From a virus (lineage: Duplodnaviria > Caudoviricetes), in the IMG/VR virus record IMGVR_UViG_3300036796_000121, positions 1 through 61,448 of that record: a stretch of DNA of 61,448 bases; one strand, 5' to 3'. Positions within the stretch are counted from its first letter, which is position 1; each line of letters starts with the position of its first letter. Positions 40,001 through 48,639 of the stretch are shown in pieces. The position numbers and the translations under genes were made by a program. The notes beneath the pieces were generated by a model. The model saw only the letters and a list, made by a program, of their open reading frames with translations. It did not search any database and was not told where the DNA came from.

Positions 40001-40636
40001 CTATAAAGCAGTTACTATGCTTTTTCCTTGTTTTTGAGTCACACCAAGACTTACGTCACCTATCTCAGCTAAGTGAGTATTGTGCGTAATAAGAATAATT
40101 TGACGGTTAAATTTAATACTGTATTCCTTCAAGAAGTACGCCACGTTCGGCGCATACTCTTGACTTACCATCTTCCCGACTTCATCTAGGAATAATGGGC
40201 CTCTCACACCACTAATCTCTCCTACAGCCAATCTGAGCGCTAAACTTACTACGTCTGCCACACCACCACCACGATCATAATCAGGTGGCTTTAATTGTGT
40301 TCGCACATCTTCAGATTGGAGCCAGTATTCCGCTACAGGTTGATTACCTTTTACCGCAATTTCAATTTCGAATCTGTAGTCTTTATCGAATACAACTGTA
40401 AGAGCTGATGTTACTATTTCTTCAATACGACGTTTTGCTTGCTGCCTTGCATAATCACTTGTCTTTTGAAGAAGAATCTGTACTAAATCAAACTCTCCAA
40501 GCTGCTCCTCAGCTTTTGCTTTTCTTGTTTCTGCGCTTTTTTGTTGCTTAACTAACAAGTCACGTTGACCAATTTTCATCTTTAATTTATCGCTTGCCTG
40601 ACGGATATCCGCTCTTGCTTTTAGAAGCTCGTACAT
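40001..40636 (-). CDS. SbcC/Rad50-like ATPase, C-terminal half
   Basis: Signature RGGG, Walker B LFLDE, H-loop ILITH. Confidence 0.85.
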   Translation of the reverse strand: MYELLKARADIRQASDKLKMKIGQRDLLVKQQKSAETRKAKAEEQLGEFDLVQILLQKTSDYARQQAKRRIEEIVTSALTVVFDKDYRFEIEIAVKGNQPVAEYWLQSEDVRTQLKPPDYDRGGGVADVVSLALRLAVGEISGVRGPLFLDEVGKMVSQEYAPNVAYFLKEYSIKFNRQIILITHNTHLAEIGDVSLGVTQKQGKSIVTAL

Positions 40637-40649
40637 AAGAACAACCTCC

Positions 40650-40883
40650 TTATACCCGCGGGATGAGTCGTTCTACATGCTCCAGGTTTTCTTTAACAGA
40701 TGAATCAAGCTTGTTGATTTCGTCCTGGATTGTTTCAGGCGTTACTCCGTGCTGCGCCATTTGTTCAGCGATTTCCGTTAATTGCTTTTCTGCTGATGAC
40801 TTTTCCGCCTCTGCTTGAATCTTTGCTGTTTCAGCTTTCTTTAAATTAACCTTTGCAATTTCAATACGTTGCTTTAATTCCAT
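40650..40883 (-). CDS. Small coiled-coil protein
   Basis: 77 aa with heptads, between the two SbcC halves. Confidence 0.7.
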   Translation of the reverse strand: MELKQRIEIAKVNLKKAETAKIQAEAEKSSAEKQLTEIAEQMAQHGVTPETIQDEINKLDSSVKENLEHVERLIPRV

Positions 40884-41179
40884 TACTCATTTCCCCCTTC
40901 AAGTTGTTTAGATAATAAGGTCTGTAGTTCTGATTCCACGAATTGTTCTTTATCTTTTAAATGGCTAATAATAACCTGTTTAATTTCGGTTTCTAGTGCT
41001 TTACGGTCTACAGTTTTCAAACTATAGATATCTTGCTTTGTACTTCCACGAAGTATACTCATATCGATTAATGCTTTTCCTGATTCAAGTTCGTATAAAG
41101 CTGTACGTAATTCTTTCAAGGCTTCATTTAACCTTCCAGCCGTTATGATAAATTCGCTCACCTTATCCACATCAATCAC
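40883..41179 (-). CDS. Hypothetical protein
   Basis: 98 aa, GAGGAG RBS. Confidence 0.65.
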   Translation of the reverse strand: MIDVDKVSEFIITAGRLNEALKELRTALYELESGKALIDMSILRGSTKQDIYSLKTVDRKALETEIKQVIISHLKDKEQFVESELQTLLSKQLEGGNE

Positions 41180-41192
41180 TACGAATCACTCC

Positions 41193-42752
41193 TCAATGAG
41201 AATGCTCAAAAGACATTGGTGATTCGCATAGCGGACAAACTCCACCAGCCTCATTCCATGTCTCTTCCAATTCCTTTGTATAATTTTCAATGTGCGTTTC
41301 ATATAGTTCCAATGTGCTTGTACTATGACGAACCCTTTGATGCCAGATCATATAATTCCGTAGCAAGTCGTTTAACTCACCTAAACAAGCTACGCTTTTC
41401 TCAGCTTCTGTTACCTGTACTTCCGCTTCCTCTGGAATATTTAAACGATCAACACGACTCGCATAATTCATATATTGTGTATGTGTATCTTCATATTTTT
41501 GAAGCAACACACTCATCTGATTTAAACGTGTAATGCTTATTTCATATTCTTGTAATTGATCTGCCGTATTGCTTGGTACAACCAATCGTTCTACATCAAT
41601 GCTTGTTTTTTCATAACGTTGTTTTACCACGCTATACTGTACAAAAAGTTTCTTTAACTCATCCGCTTTCTTTACTTCCTCCTCAATCGCAGCAACATCT
41701 ATGCACTCAATTACAGTTAATCTTCCTAGCTGTAATTGAACCTCTTGTAATGCTTGACTATACTTTTTATAGTTTTGTGATAAGATAGAAAGCAAAGAAT
41801 ATCTTTCTTCAAATTTAGTAGAATCTTGTAACAAGTTACTTACTTCTACTAATCCATCAAATTGTTTTAATGTTTCAGTCAGTGTCTTCTTGGCGGTGGA
41901 CAGTGACTCGTATCTTTTTTGTAAGTCCAGTAGTGTTTGTAGACGCTGCTGGTCTTTTTCTGTTTGTTCAAGTATTTGTATAAGGACTGGTACATTCTCA
42001 AGTCGTTTTTCGATTTCCCAAGCTGCTATGTGCTTTTGTTTACGACTCGTGTATATTTGAGCTATTTCTTTTAATGACTCTTTCTTTTTGTGTAATTCCT
42101 CCACGTGTTCCATCAGACTTTCAGTTGTCTTTAATTGCTGTACTTTATCATCCACATCCAAGTACTCGAGTAAGTTACCTGCTAATCTCTCAATTTCTTT
42201 TTCAGCTAGTAATCTCTCTTGCCTTGCTGCGTATGTATCTTTTGAAACACTTTTTACTGCGAGATCTACAGCTTCTGTTCCTGCTAACTTACCCAGCACT
42301 TTCGCACCAGATGATGGTGTTTCGCTTATTAAGAATGGAGCCTCAAGCTGAAATGCGAAGTTTAAAGCTGTAACAAAATCCCCAAATGTTTGCTTTGTAA
42401 TACCGAGTAACTGCTTTACTTCTTCTGGTACCTCAGACTTCTCAAACACACTACCTTCGTCTCCAGGATTCGTTTGGATTCTGTAAGATGTTTTCCCTTT
42501 TCTACGGTGCTTTGAAATAGTAATACCGTTATCCAAGTGAATCGCTACTGTAGCATGTCCAACCGATTCGTTTACGAAAGCCTCACCTTGAGGTTCGTTA
42601 AATGCTACCCAGCGAACCGCTCGTATGATGGCTGTTTTACCACTATCAGATGGTCCAGTAATTACGTTCAGCCCATTTCCTAAATTGAAATGACAATTCG
42701 TATGTGACTGGAAACCTTCTACGAAAATCTCATTAATGGCCAATACGTTCAC
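41193..42752 (-). CDS. SbcC/Rad50-like ATPase, N-terminal half with zinc hook
   Basis: GFQSH, Walker A GPSDSGKT, Q-loop, long coiled coil, terminal CPLC. Confidence 0.88.
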   Translation of the reverse strand: MNVLAINEIFVEGFQSHTNCHFNLGNGLNVITGPSDSGKTAIIRAVRWVAFNEPQGEAFVNESVGHATVAIHLDNGITISKHRRKGKTSYRIQTNPGDEGSVFEKSEVPEEVKQLLGITKQTFGDFVTALNFAFQLEAPFLISETPSSGAKVLGKLAGTEAVDLAVKSVSKDTYAARQERLLAEKEIERLAGNLLEYLDVDDKVQQLKTTESLMEHVEELHKKKESLKEIAQIYTSRKQKHIAAWEIEKRLENVPVLIQILEQTEKDQQRLQTLLDLQKRYESLSTAKKTLTETLKQFDGLVEVSNLLQDSTKFEERYSLLSILSQNYKKYSQALQEVQLQLGRLTVIECIDVAAIEEEVKKADELKKLFVQYSVVKQRYEKTSIDVERLVVPSNTADQLQEYEISITRLNQMSVLLQKYEDTHTQYMNYASRVDRLNIPEEAEVQVTEAEKSVACLGELNDLLRNYMIWHQRVRHSTSTLELYETHIENYTKELEETWNEAGGVCPLCESPMSFEHSH

Positions 42753-42891
42753 TCCTTTCCGTTAGCTTTAACATGATGTTTACTGCTTGTTTTTCTGATC
42801 CATTCTTGAAGTAATTTTTACTCTCGCAACATACAGCTTTTACGTCTTTTGCTTTTACTAATCGAGTTGCATAAGACACGTATCGTTGCAT
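42733..42891 (-). CDS. 52-aa hypothetical protein (not in ORF track)
   Basis: AAGGAGGTG RBS, ATG, MQRYVSYATRL... Confidence 0.55.
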   Translation of the reverse strand: MQRYVSYATRLVKAKDVKAVCCESKNYFKNGSEKQAVNIMLKLTERSERIGH

Positions 42892-42914
42892 GTGTATCAC
42901 CTCCTTTCAATAAT

Positions 42915-43064
42915 TTAGCTTGCCTTTACCTCTGCTTTCTTCTTTCTTGTGACCGTTACTTTGACGCCTAAATATTTTTCATACACTTCTTGAAACAGAG
43001 CTTCCTTTTTCTCTGTACCGTAGTACTCGTTACGGACGTATAAGCCGGATTTCTTTTTCCCCAA
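42915..43064 (-). CDS. 49-aa hypothetical protein (not in ORF track)
   Basis: GAGGAG RBS, TTG start, directly downstream of the cro-like gene. Confidence 0.5.
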   Translation of the reverse strand: MGKKKSGLYVRNEYYGTEKKEALFQEVYEKYLGVKVTVTRKKKAEVKAS

Positions 43065-43069
43065 GCTCC

Positions 43070-43378
43070 TCAGCTCCCTACAGTTGTATCTTTGTAATGA
43101 GGATATTCTTCAAAAAATTGTTCTTCAGGCGGGAATCCCAGCTCAAATGACAGTTTAACTTCTTTCTTACTGGCGTTTTGCAAGTAAGCAGGTAAATAAA
43201 AATGTTCCATAGGGAACCCAAGTACAATTGCGATTTGCAAGGCTAATTTTCCTCCTGGATCACGTCTACCAGTCTCTAAGTCTGCAATATGACCTGGAGT
43301 CACACCAACCTTATCTGCTAGAGCCGCCTGCGACATACGTTTTTTTCCACGTAAATCTGCCAACCAAGTCCTTTTCAT
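43070..43378 (-). CDS. Cro-like XRE HTH regulator
   Basis: SQAALADKVGVTPGHIADLETG; divergent from the cI-like gene. Confidence 0.85.
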   Translation of the reverse strand: MKRTWLADLRGKKRMSQAALADKVGVTPGHIADLETGRRDPGGKLALQIAIVLGFPMEHFYLPAYLQNASKKEVKLSFELGFPPEEQFFEEYPHYKDTTVGS

Positions 43379-43676
43379 ATGTCCACCTCCAGACAACCTT
43401 TAATGATTTTTATTATACTGGCGTTTTGCAAGTAAGTAAAGTGGTATTTCAAATTTTTTTTATGTTTTTAATGCCCTTGATTAGAAAATGAACGTATTTT
43501 TTAAAATTTTCACTTGCAATATGCGTACATTTTCCATTGTGCAATTACGTCATAAAGTGTTATCTTATATATAGATAACAGCAAAAAAATAAAAAGCATT
43601 TTATATTTTTTATAAATTTTATTAAAAACAAAACCATTAAAAATATAATAAAGAATTTTACCGGGAGGTAATATAC

Positions 43677-44015
43677 ATGAACATTGGGGCACAATTAAAA
43701 TTTTTACGAAATAGACGTGGTTGGACAATGCAAGAAGTCGCAGATCGTATTGGTAAAAATGATTCTACGTATAGCGGATATGAGACAAATAAAAGAAAAC
43801 CAAACGCCGAAGTTCTTGTACAACTAGCCGATACCTTCGATACTACTACAGACTTTATTCTAGGGAGAACAGAAAATCCAAACGGCCTTAACTTTAATGT
43901 AAAAGACTTTTTAGATCAGGGTAGACTACACTCTGACGGGGTAGAAATCACAGATGAGCAAGCTGAACTTGTTAACGTTTTATTAAGACAAGTTCTACAA
44001 AGAAAACAGCAATAA
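43677..44015 (+). CDS. CI-like XRE repressor (no peptidase domain)
   Basis: TMQEVADRIG..STYSGYETNKRKP HTH; TTDFILGR. Confidence 0.9.
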   Translation: MNIGAQLKFLRNRRGWTMQEVADRIGKNDSTYSGYETNKRKPNAEVLVQLADTFDTTTDFILGRTENPNGLNFNVKDFLDQGRLHSDGVEITDEQAELVNVLLRQVLQRKQQ

Positions 44016-44037
44016 CAAAAAAAGGATTAGCCAGATG

Positions 44038-44214
44038 CTATTCCTTTTTTTGTTGCAATATAGTTATGATTTGATTGTACTGTTCCTGTGTAATCTGACC
44101 TTGTTTATACAGTTCCTCCATAAGATCATTCATGTCACAACTCACTTTTTCATTTTCAAATAATTCCCCAATTAAACGTTTTGTTTCTTGCTTTGCAGTC
44201 TTTTTTTTCACCAT
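44038..44214 (-). CDS. aimX: AimX-like small protein (58 aa; not in ORF track)
   Basis: GGGGAGG RBS, MVKKKTAKQETKRL...; downstream of the aimP terminator and convergent with the repressor gene. Confidence 0.55.
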   Translation of the reverse strand: MVKKKTAKQETKRLIGELFENEKVSCDMNDLMEELYKQGQITQEQYNQIITILQQKKE

Positions 44215-44302
44215 AGTTCCTCCCCTTCATCCTTAATAGTTTGTGAAATATATATCAAATGGTCTAGTTTTTTCAAAGTCTCAAAAAACGTGACACCCCT
44301 TA

Positions 44303-44339
44303 AAAAGACGAAAGACGCTACTATAAGTAGCGTCTTTTT
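44303..44339. terminator. Intrinsic terminator after aimP
   Basis: AAAGACGCTAC/GTAGCGTCTTT hairpin. Confidence 0.75.
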
Positions 44340-44354
44340 AACTATTTATTTATA

Positions 44355-44510
44355 TTACATGCCACCCGGATCGACTCTCATTAATTGCACCTTTTCAGTA
44401 TGTACAGTAGCTTTTTCTTTACCTAAATTTTTAGTTTTGTCTGCACCAGCACCAATAACCCCAATTGATAACGCTAGTGCGCATAATGTAGTTATTACAA
44501 ACTTTTTCAT
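44355..44510 (-). CDS. aimP: Arbitrium signalling pro-peptide (51 aa; not in ORF track)
   Basis: MKKFVITTLCALALSIGVIGAGADKTKNLGKEKATVHTEKVQLMRVDPGGM: Sec signal peptide plus C-terminal DPGG peptide, directly after aimR. Confidence 0.85.
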   Translation of the reverse strand: MKKFVITTLCALALSIGVIGAGADKTKNLGKEKATVHTEKVQLMRVDPGGM

Positions 44511-44511
44511 T

Positions 44512-45675
44512 TTACAACACTCCTTCTGTTATTAGAACTCGCTTTGCAAGTTGAGCGTACATTAAATTTCCCATTTTTTCAAATAATTCCAAAGATTCTC
44601 TTGCCATAATTGTATCATTTTCTATTCTTGAAAGATAGTACATCTGGAAAGCGGATAAACCTTGCTCTTTCAATCTATCAAAAATCTCATAGCCCTTTTT
44701 CTTATCACCATATAAACACTCATAATAAGCTAAATCTCCATCACTGATAAAATTAAAATCTATGTTTTCTAAGTTAAAACCAAACTCGATATACAAAAAT
44801 GCAAGAGTTGTCTTAAAGGATGTATATTTTTGAGTCCCTTTAGGCGAGCTTATTCCTTCAAGGCATTTTATAGCTTTTAATATAAATTTTTCAGCCATTA
44901 ACGGATCCTCAAAGATGTAACTTTCACCTAAACAACAGTATGCTGTAGCCTTGACAACTGTGAAATTCATTTCGGAATCTATAATTTCCAAACAACTAGA
45001 TCTACAGTTATCAATTTCGTTAGCATGTAACTGAGTATATGCAATTCGCTCTTTATGTTGCATACATAAACAGTCTTTAATATAACCGTTGTCCATATTA
45101 GCGACATGTGCTTCCGCAGCTTTTGCATACGACGTCATCGCACTATACCTTTGCTCATCATATTCTGCAGCCATAAATAACGTATTCAATAAAACTTGGC
45201 AATCGGAATCTGCAGAAACACGTTTCTCGTAAATCTCATCCAGTAATGTTTGTCCTCTTTTTCTGTTCATATTACGATGATTGTACAAGGTATATATACT
45301 TAAATATTTATGTACATCATTTTGGAGCTTTTTCAGATTTTCATCTTCTGTTACTACGCTGAGCTTTTCAATAAGAGAATCTATCAGCTCATACTCCCCA
45401 GCCACTTGACAGAAACTTAAAGCCTTTCTTACATTCATGCTAGTCGAGCACTTTAATATAAATTCTTTTATTTTGTGGGTTTGTTCCAACGGATTTTTAT
45501 ATACATAATGTATTAACTTCTCGTAAACATCAAACTTCATTTCTCCAATTTTTAATTCTAGGCCGTTAGAGATAGTTGTCCTACTTATACCAATCTCTTT
45601 TGCTATTTTCCGTACACTCATGTTCTTTGACTGTATCACATTATTCAGCTCATTCATCAAAGCTTTCATGTTCAT
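44512..45675 (-). CDS. aimR: AimR-family lysis-lysogeny peptide receptor (HTH + TPR)
   Basis: 387 aa, N-terminal HTH, TPR-like helices (CCLGESYIFE), followed by a secreted peptide gene, between integrase and repressor. Confidence 0.88.
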   Translation of the reverse strand: MNMKALMNELNNVIQSKNMSVRKIAKEIGISRTTISNGLELKIGEMKFDVYEKLIHYVYKNPLEQTHKIKEFILKCSTSMNVRKALSFCQVAGEYELIDSLIEKLSVVTEDENLKKLQNDVHKYLSIYTLYNHRNMNRKRGQTLLDEIYEKRVSADSDCQVLLNTLFMAAEYDEQRYSAMTSYAKAAEAHVANMDNGYIKDCLCMQHKERIAYTQLHANEIDNCRSSCLEIIDSEMNFTVVKATAYCCLGESYIFEDPLMAEKFILKAIKCLEGISSPKGTQKYTSFKTTLAFLYIEFGFNLENIDFNFISDGDLAYYECLYGDKKKGYEIFDRLKEQGLSAFQMYYLSRIENDTIMARESLELFEKMGNLMYAQLAKRVLITEGVL

Positions 45676-45761
45676 CCTCCTCAGGATCAGAACACAAGAC
45701 TCCTCCCGTTTTATTTTTCAATAGGAAAACGTCCACAATAATTATGTATGCCTGAGAAGTA

Positions 45762-45864
45762 TGTTATACTTAGTGCTGACTCATGGAAAGTTTTCCCTAC
45801 ACGCGATAGGGTAAAACGTTACAACGGTGCGGCCACACCAGTTGTAACGCCGTGGGTCTTTTTG
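45762..45864 (+). ncRNA. Structured RNA antisense to the aimR leader
   Basis: TGnTATACT -10; closing stem GACTCATGG/CCGTGGGTC enclosing two hairpins; T-tail. Confidence 0.5.
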
Positions 45865-45902
45865 CTCTTTTATTTTATTATTTTCATCTTATCATAAAAT
45901 TT

Positions 45903-45916
45903 AGAACATTCGTTTC
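45903..45916. promoter_or_regulatory. LexA (SOS) box upstream of aimR
   Basis: AGAACATTCGTTTC, close to the Firmicutes consensus CGAACRNRYGTTYC. Confidence 0.55.
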
Positions 45917-45991
45917 GCTCTTTCTCACATCATGTTGAGAAAGTTTTTTCTAAAAATAACAGAATCCCCACAAGAATATTTTACCACTAAC

Positions 45992-46005
45992 CGAACAATT
46001 GTTCT
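45992..46005. promoter_or_regulatory. LexA (SOS) box overlapping the putative aimR promoter
   Basis: CGAACAATTGTTCT; adjacent minus-strand TGGTAAAAT extended -10. Confidence 0.7.
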
Positions 46006-46204
46006 ACCTGTTATTTAAATGCATACAAAATAGCACATATTGTATTTAAACCAAATTCCCTGGTATTTATAGTTTTAAAATAATGCCTTATTTATAATAA
46101 AGGCACGAATAACAATACAGAAACCGAGAGGACAAGTTTAACTCTCGGTTTTTTATACCCTAATTATACACTGCACTCGCGGTATGTCAATAAGGCATAC
46201 GAAT

Positions 46205-47668
46205 TTATTCTAAGAATCTATAGTAGATATCTATTGCCCCATCTTGAGCAACTTCTATCCTCTTTATTAGTTTTTGAAATACGCCATGTAAATCTTTTGA
46301 CTCTTCTAATAAAGCAAACGCATCTCTAACTTCTTGTTTCTCCTTCATTTGAATTTCGATATTGTTCGCTTTCCGTATTTCCAGTTCTTTTAATTCGATT
46401 TCTTTTTCAATTTTTTTATTACGAACAGTAAAAGTATCTTTATCAATTCTTTCGCCTTCTAAATATAAGTCTAATAAACGCTCCTTCTTAAACTTCAAAT
46501 CTTTAATATCTCTGTTAAGCTTTCTTAATTTAACTTGTAGTTGATTTTCATCCGAAAAAAACTCTTTTTCTAAAACACTTTCTTTTTCTTTCAATTTATC
46601 TAGTACTAATACCCTTAAATCCTTGTAATGTATTGGAACATGTTTTACACATTCTCGACGTGCTGTAGCTCTACTCCAATCACACATCATATATGAGTAT
46701 TCTTTTATTGTCCCATTCTTATTTACACGTACATTATTTTTCTTACTCATCGCCGTACCGCAATGTGCACAGAACGTTATACCCCTTAATTCATTAGTTG
46801 TTGATATACGACGCTTTTTTTGGAACTTATTAGGATCCTTATCGTTAACTTTATCCCATAATTCGTGACTAATTATAGCAGGGTGATGATTCTCAAAAAT
46901 CACCCACTTCTCTTTAGGATTTATAACTTTCTTCTTCTTCCCGTTAACTTTCACTGTTGTATATTTTTGCATTGTATAAGTGCCTTTGTAAGTCGGGTTT
47001 TTTATCATCTTGCATAATGTAGAGTATGTCCAAGGCTCCCCTTTCCTTGTACGATCCCCCTTATCATTTATAGTATTCGCAATCTTAATATAACCAAATC
47101 CTTGCGCATATAATTCAAACATTTCTCTAACTAGAGCAGCTTCCTCTTCATTAATTGCATATTTATCATCTATAATTTCATAACCATATGGAACAAATCC
47201 CCCAGTATAACCACCTCTACGCACTTTCGCTGCCAAAGCTGCGGTTGTAGACACAGATAATGTTTTAGGCAACTGAGCTGCAAACATGGCATACATTTCA
47301 AATTTCATATCATTCTTACCTTCGTAATGACTGTCATAGCCTTCTTCCAGCGTTATTAAGCGTACACCGTGCCCTAAAAGTATCTCCTTAATCTCCAGTG
47401 CGTCCTTTAAATCCCGTGCCAATCGATGTATGGATTTAAATATAACTGTGTCGAGTTCTTTTTTTCTAGCTTTATTTAAGATCAGTTGCATTGCATGCCT
47501 TTCTAACCAGGCCGTCCCAGATATACCATCGTCAAAGTAAACAGCATTCTCATCCCATTCAAAACCGTTATTCTCTAGCCAATATCTACAAATGTCAATC
47601 TGATTTTCTACAGAAGAAACCTGTTCATCTTTATCACTTGATACACGTACATAAACAGCATATGCCAA
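46205..47668 (-). CDS. int: Large serine recombinase (integrase)
   Basis: YVRVSS, DDGISG, SIHRLAR, PYGY, recombinase domain, CAHCG Zn ribbon, coiled coil. Confidence 0.95.
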   Translation of the reverse strand: MAYAVYVRVSSDKDEQVSSVENQIDICRYWLENNGFEWDENAVYFDDGISGTAWLERHAMQLILNKARKKELDTVIFKSIHRLARDLKDALEIKEILLGHGVRLITLEEGYDSHYEGKNDMKFEMYAMFAAQLPKTLSVSTTAALAAKVRRGGYTGGFVPYGYEIIDDKYAINEEEAALVREMFELYAQGFGYIKIANTINDKGDRTRKGEPWTYSTLCKMIKNPTYKGTYTMQKYTTVKVNGKKKKVINPKEKWVIFENHHPAIISHELWDKVNDKDPNKFQKKRRISTTNELRGITFCAHCGTAMSKKNNVRVNKNGTIKEYSYMMCDWSRATARRECVKHVPIHYKDLRVLVLDKLKEKESVLEKEFFSDENQLQVKLRKLNRDIKDLKFKKERLLDLYLEGERIDKDTFTVRNKKIEKEIELKELEIRKANNIEIQMKEKQEVRDAFALLEESKDLHGVFQKLIKRIEVAQDGAIDIYYRFLE

Positions 47669-47805
47669 AATTACCGCTCCTTTCATCGATCTCCAAATAT
47701 ATTATGTCTGAATTATATAACTCCAAGAGTAAACTGGCAATCTATTACCAACGCAAAAAGACGACTTACTACAGTCGTCAAAATAAAATATATAAATCTC
47801 AAAAA

Positions 47806-47993
47806 TTTAGGAGGGGGTAAACAACACACAACATCATTTAATAAAAACAAAAAAGAAAAAAGACCCCCCTCTATAAAAAATATACCTTATATATATAATA
47901 TAAATATATAACTTATAAATATATATATTATATATAGAGTATATTTTTAATAGTAATATATAAGTATTATTACTATAGGGTTCTAAGGTTTTT
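47806..47993 (+). repeat. AT-rich element copy 2 (inverted homologue of 17126-17312); candidate origin
   Basis: 34-bp identity with copy 1; G-run/C-run inverted pair followed by a (TA)-rich tract. Confidence 0.9.
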
Positions 47994-48018
47994 ATACTGT
48001 ATGTTTTTTATATAGATT

Positions 48019-48639
48019 TTAAACACCTGGGACAACATACACCTTTGCATATACATCATATTTAGCTGCAAGTTGCTCCAGCTTTTTTTGTCGATATTCC
48101 GTCACTGTAAAGAAATGTATCAAAGGTATTTTCCCACTATATTTATTTTTATAATATAATGAAAATTCCCTGTAACGACTCATCTTTTCCGCGTTCACAT
48201 TCATCATCTGAGTCCGATCTATTTCTACAGCATTTAATATCCCTTCTTCATCTCGAAACTTCACATCAGGAATAATTGTCTTCTTTTTATCATCTACTTT
48301 ATAACGTATAGGTATTTCTATCTGCCAGTCATCCGGACAAAACAGATAGAGCCATGCTTCATTTCTCATTAAGCTGTGCGCTAATCGACTATTTGGTACA
48401 ATCTTTTCTGTATCGTCGAATAGTTCACGGCCCTTTTTATTTAAGTAATACACGTACTCTTTTTGATACACCGCGTTATTTACGTACTGACTAAGGTCTT
48501 TTAAAATACGGTTCGCGTTACGAATCCCACCCATTTCATGCACCGCCATTAAATGCCTACGTGTTGCGAACTTCAGCTTTCTAATCGAGGTCAAAATCGT
48601 CATCTGACGGTTTATTTTGATATGAGTCTGGATGTTCAT
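48019..48639 (-). CDS. Replication-relaxation family protein
   Basis: wHTH N-terminus, HSLMRNE, IIPD, AVEIDR motifs; coupled to FtsK. Confidence 0.85.
   Translation of the reverse strand: MNIQTHIKINRQMTILTSIRKLKFATRRHLMAVHEMGGIRNANRILKDLSQYVNNAVYQKEYVYYLNKKGRELFDDTEKIVPNSRLAHSLMRNEAWLYLFCPDDWQIEIPIRYKVDDKKKTIIPDVKFRDEEGILNAVEIDRTQMMNVNAEKMSRYREFSLYYKNKYSGKIPLIHFFTVTEYRQKKLEQLAAKYDVYAKVYVVPGV

Noticed and set aside
40001-42752. SbcC pseudogene
   Set aside because: Both halves keep their catalytic motifs and ribosome-binding sites and are separated by intact ORFs, consistent with a natural split.
45778-45858. tRNA gene
   Set aside because: Only two inner hairpins, and no TTC T-loop or CCA end; no tRNA or rRNA was recognised anywhere in the window.
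47687-47800. Precise attP site for the serine integrase
   Set aside because: Likely near the integrase gene, but no host junction is present and I could not identify a convincing inverted repeat.
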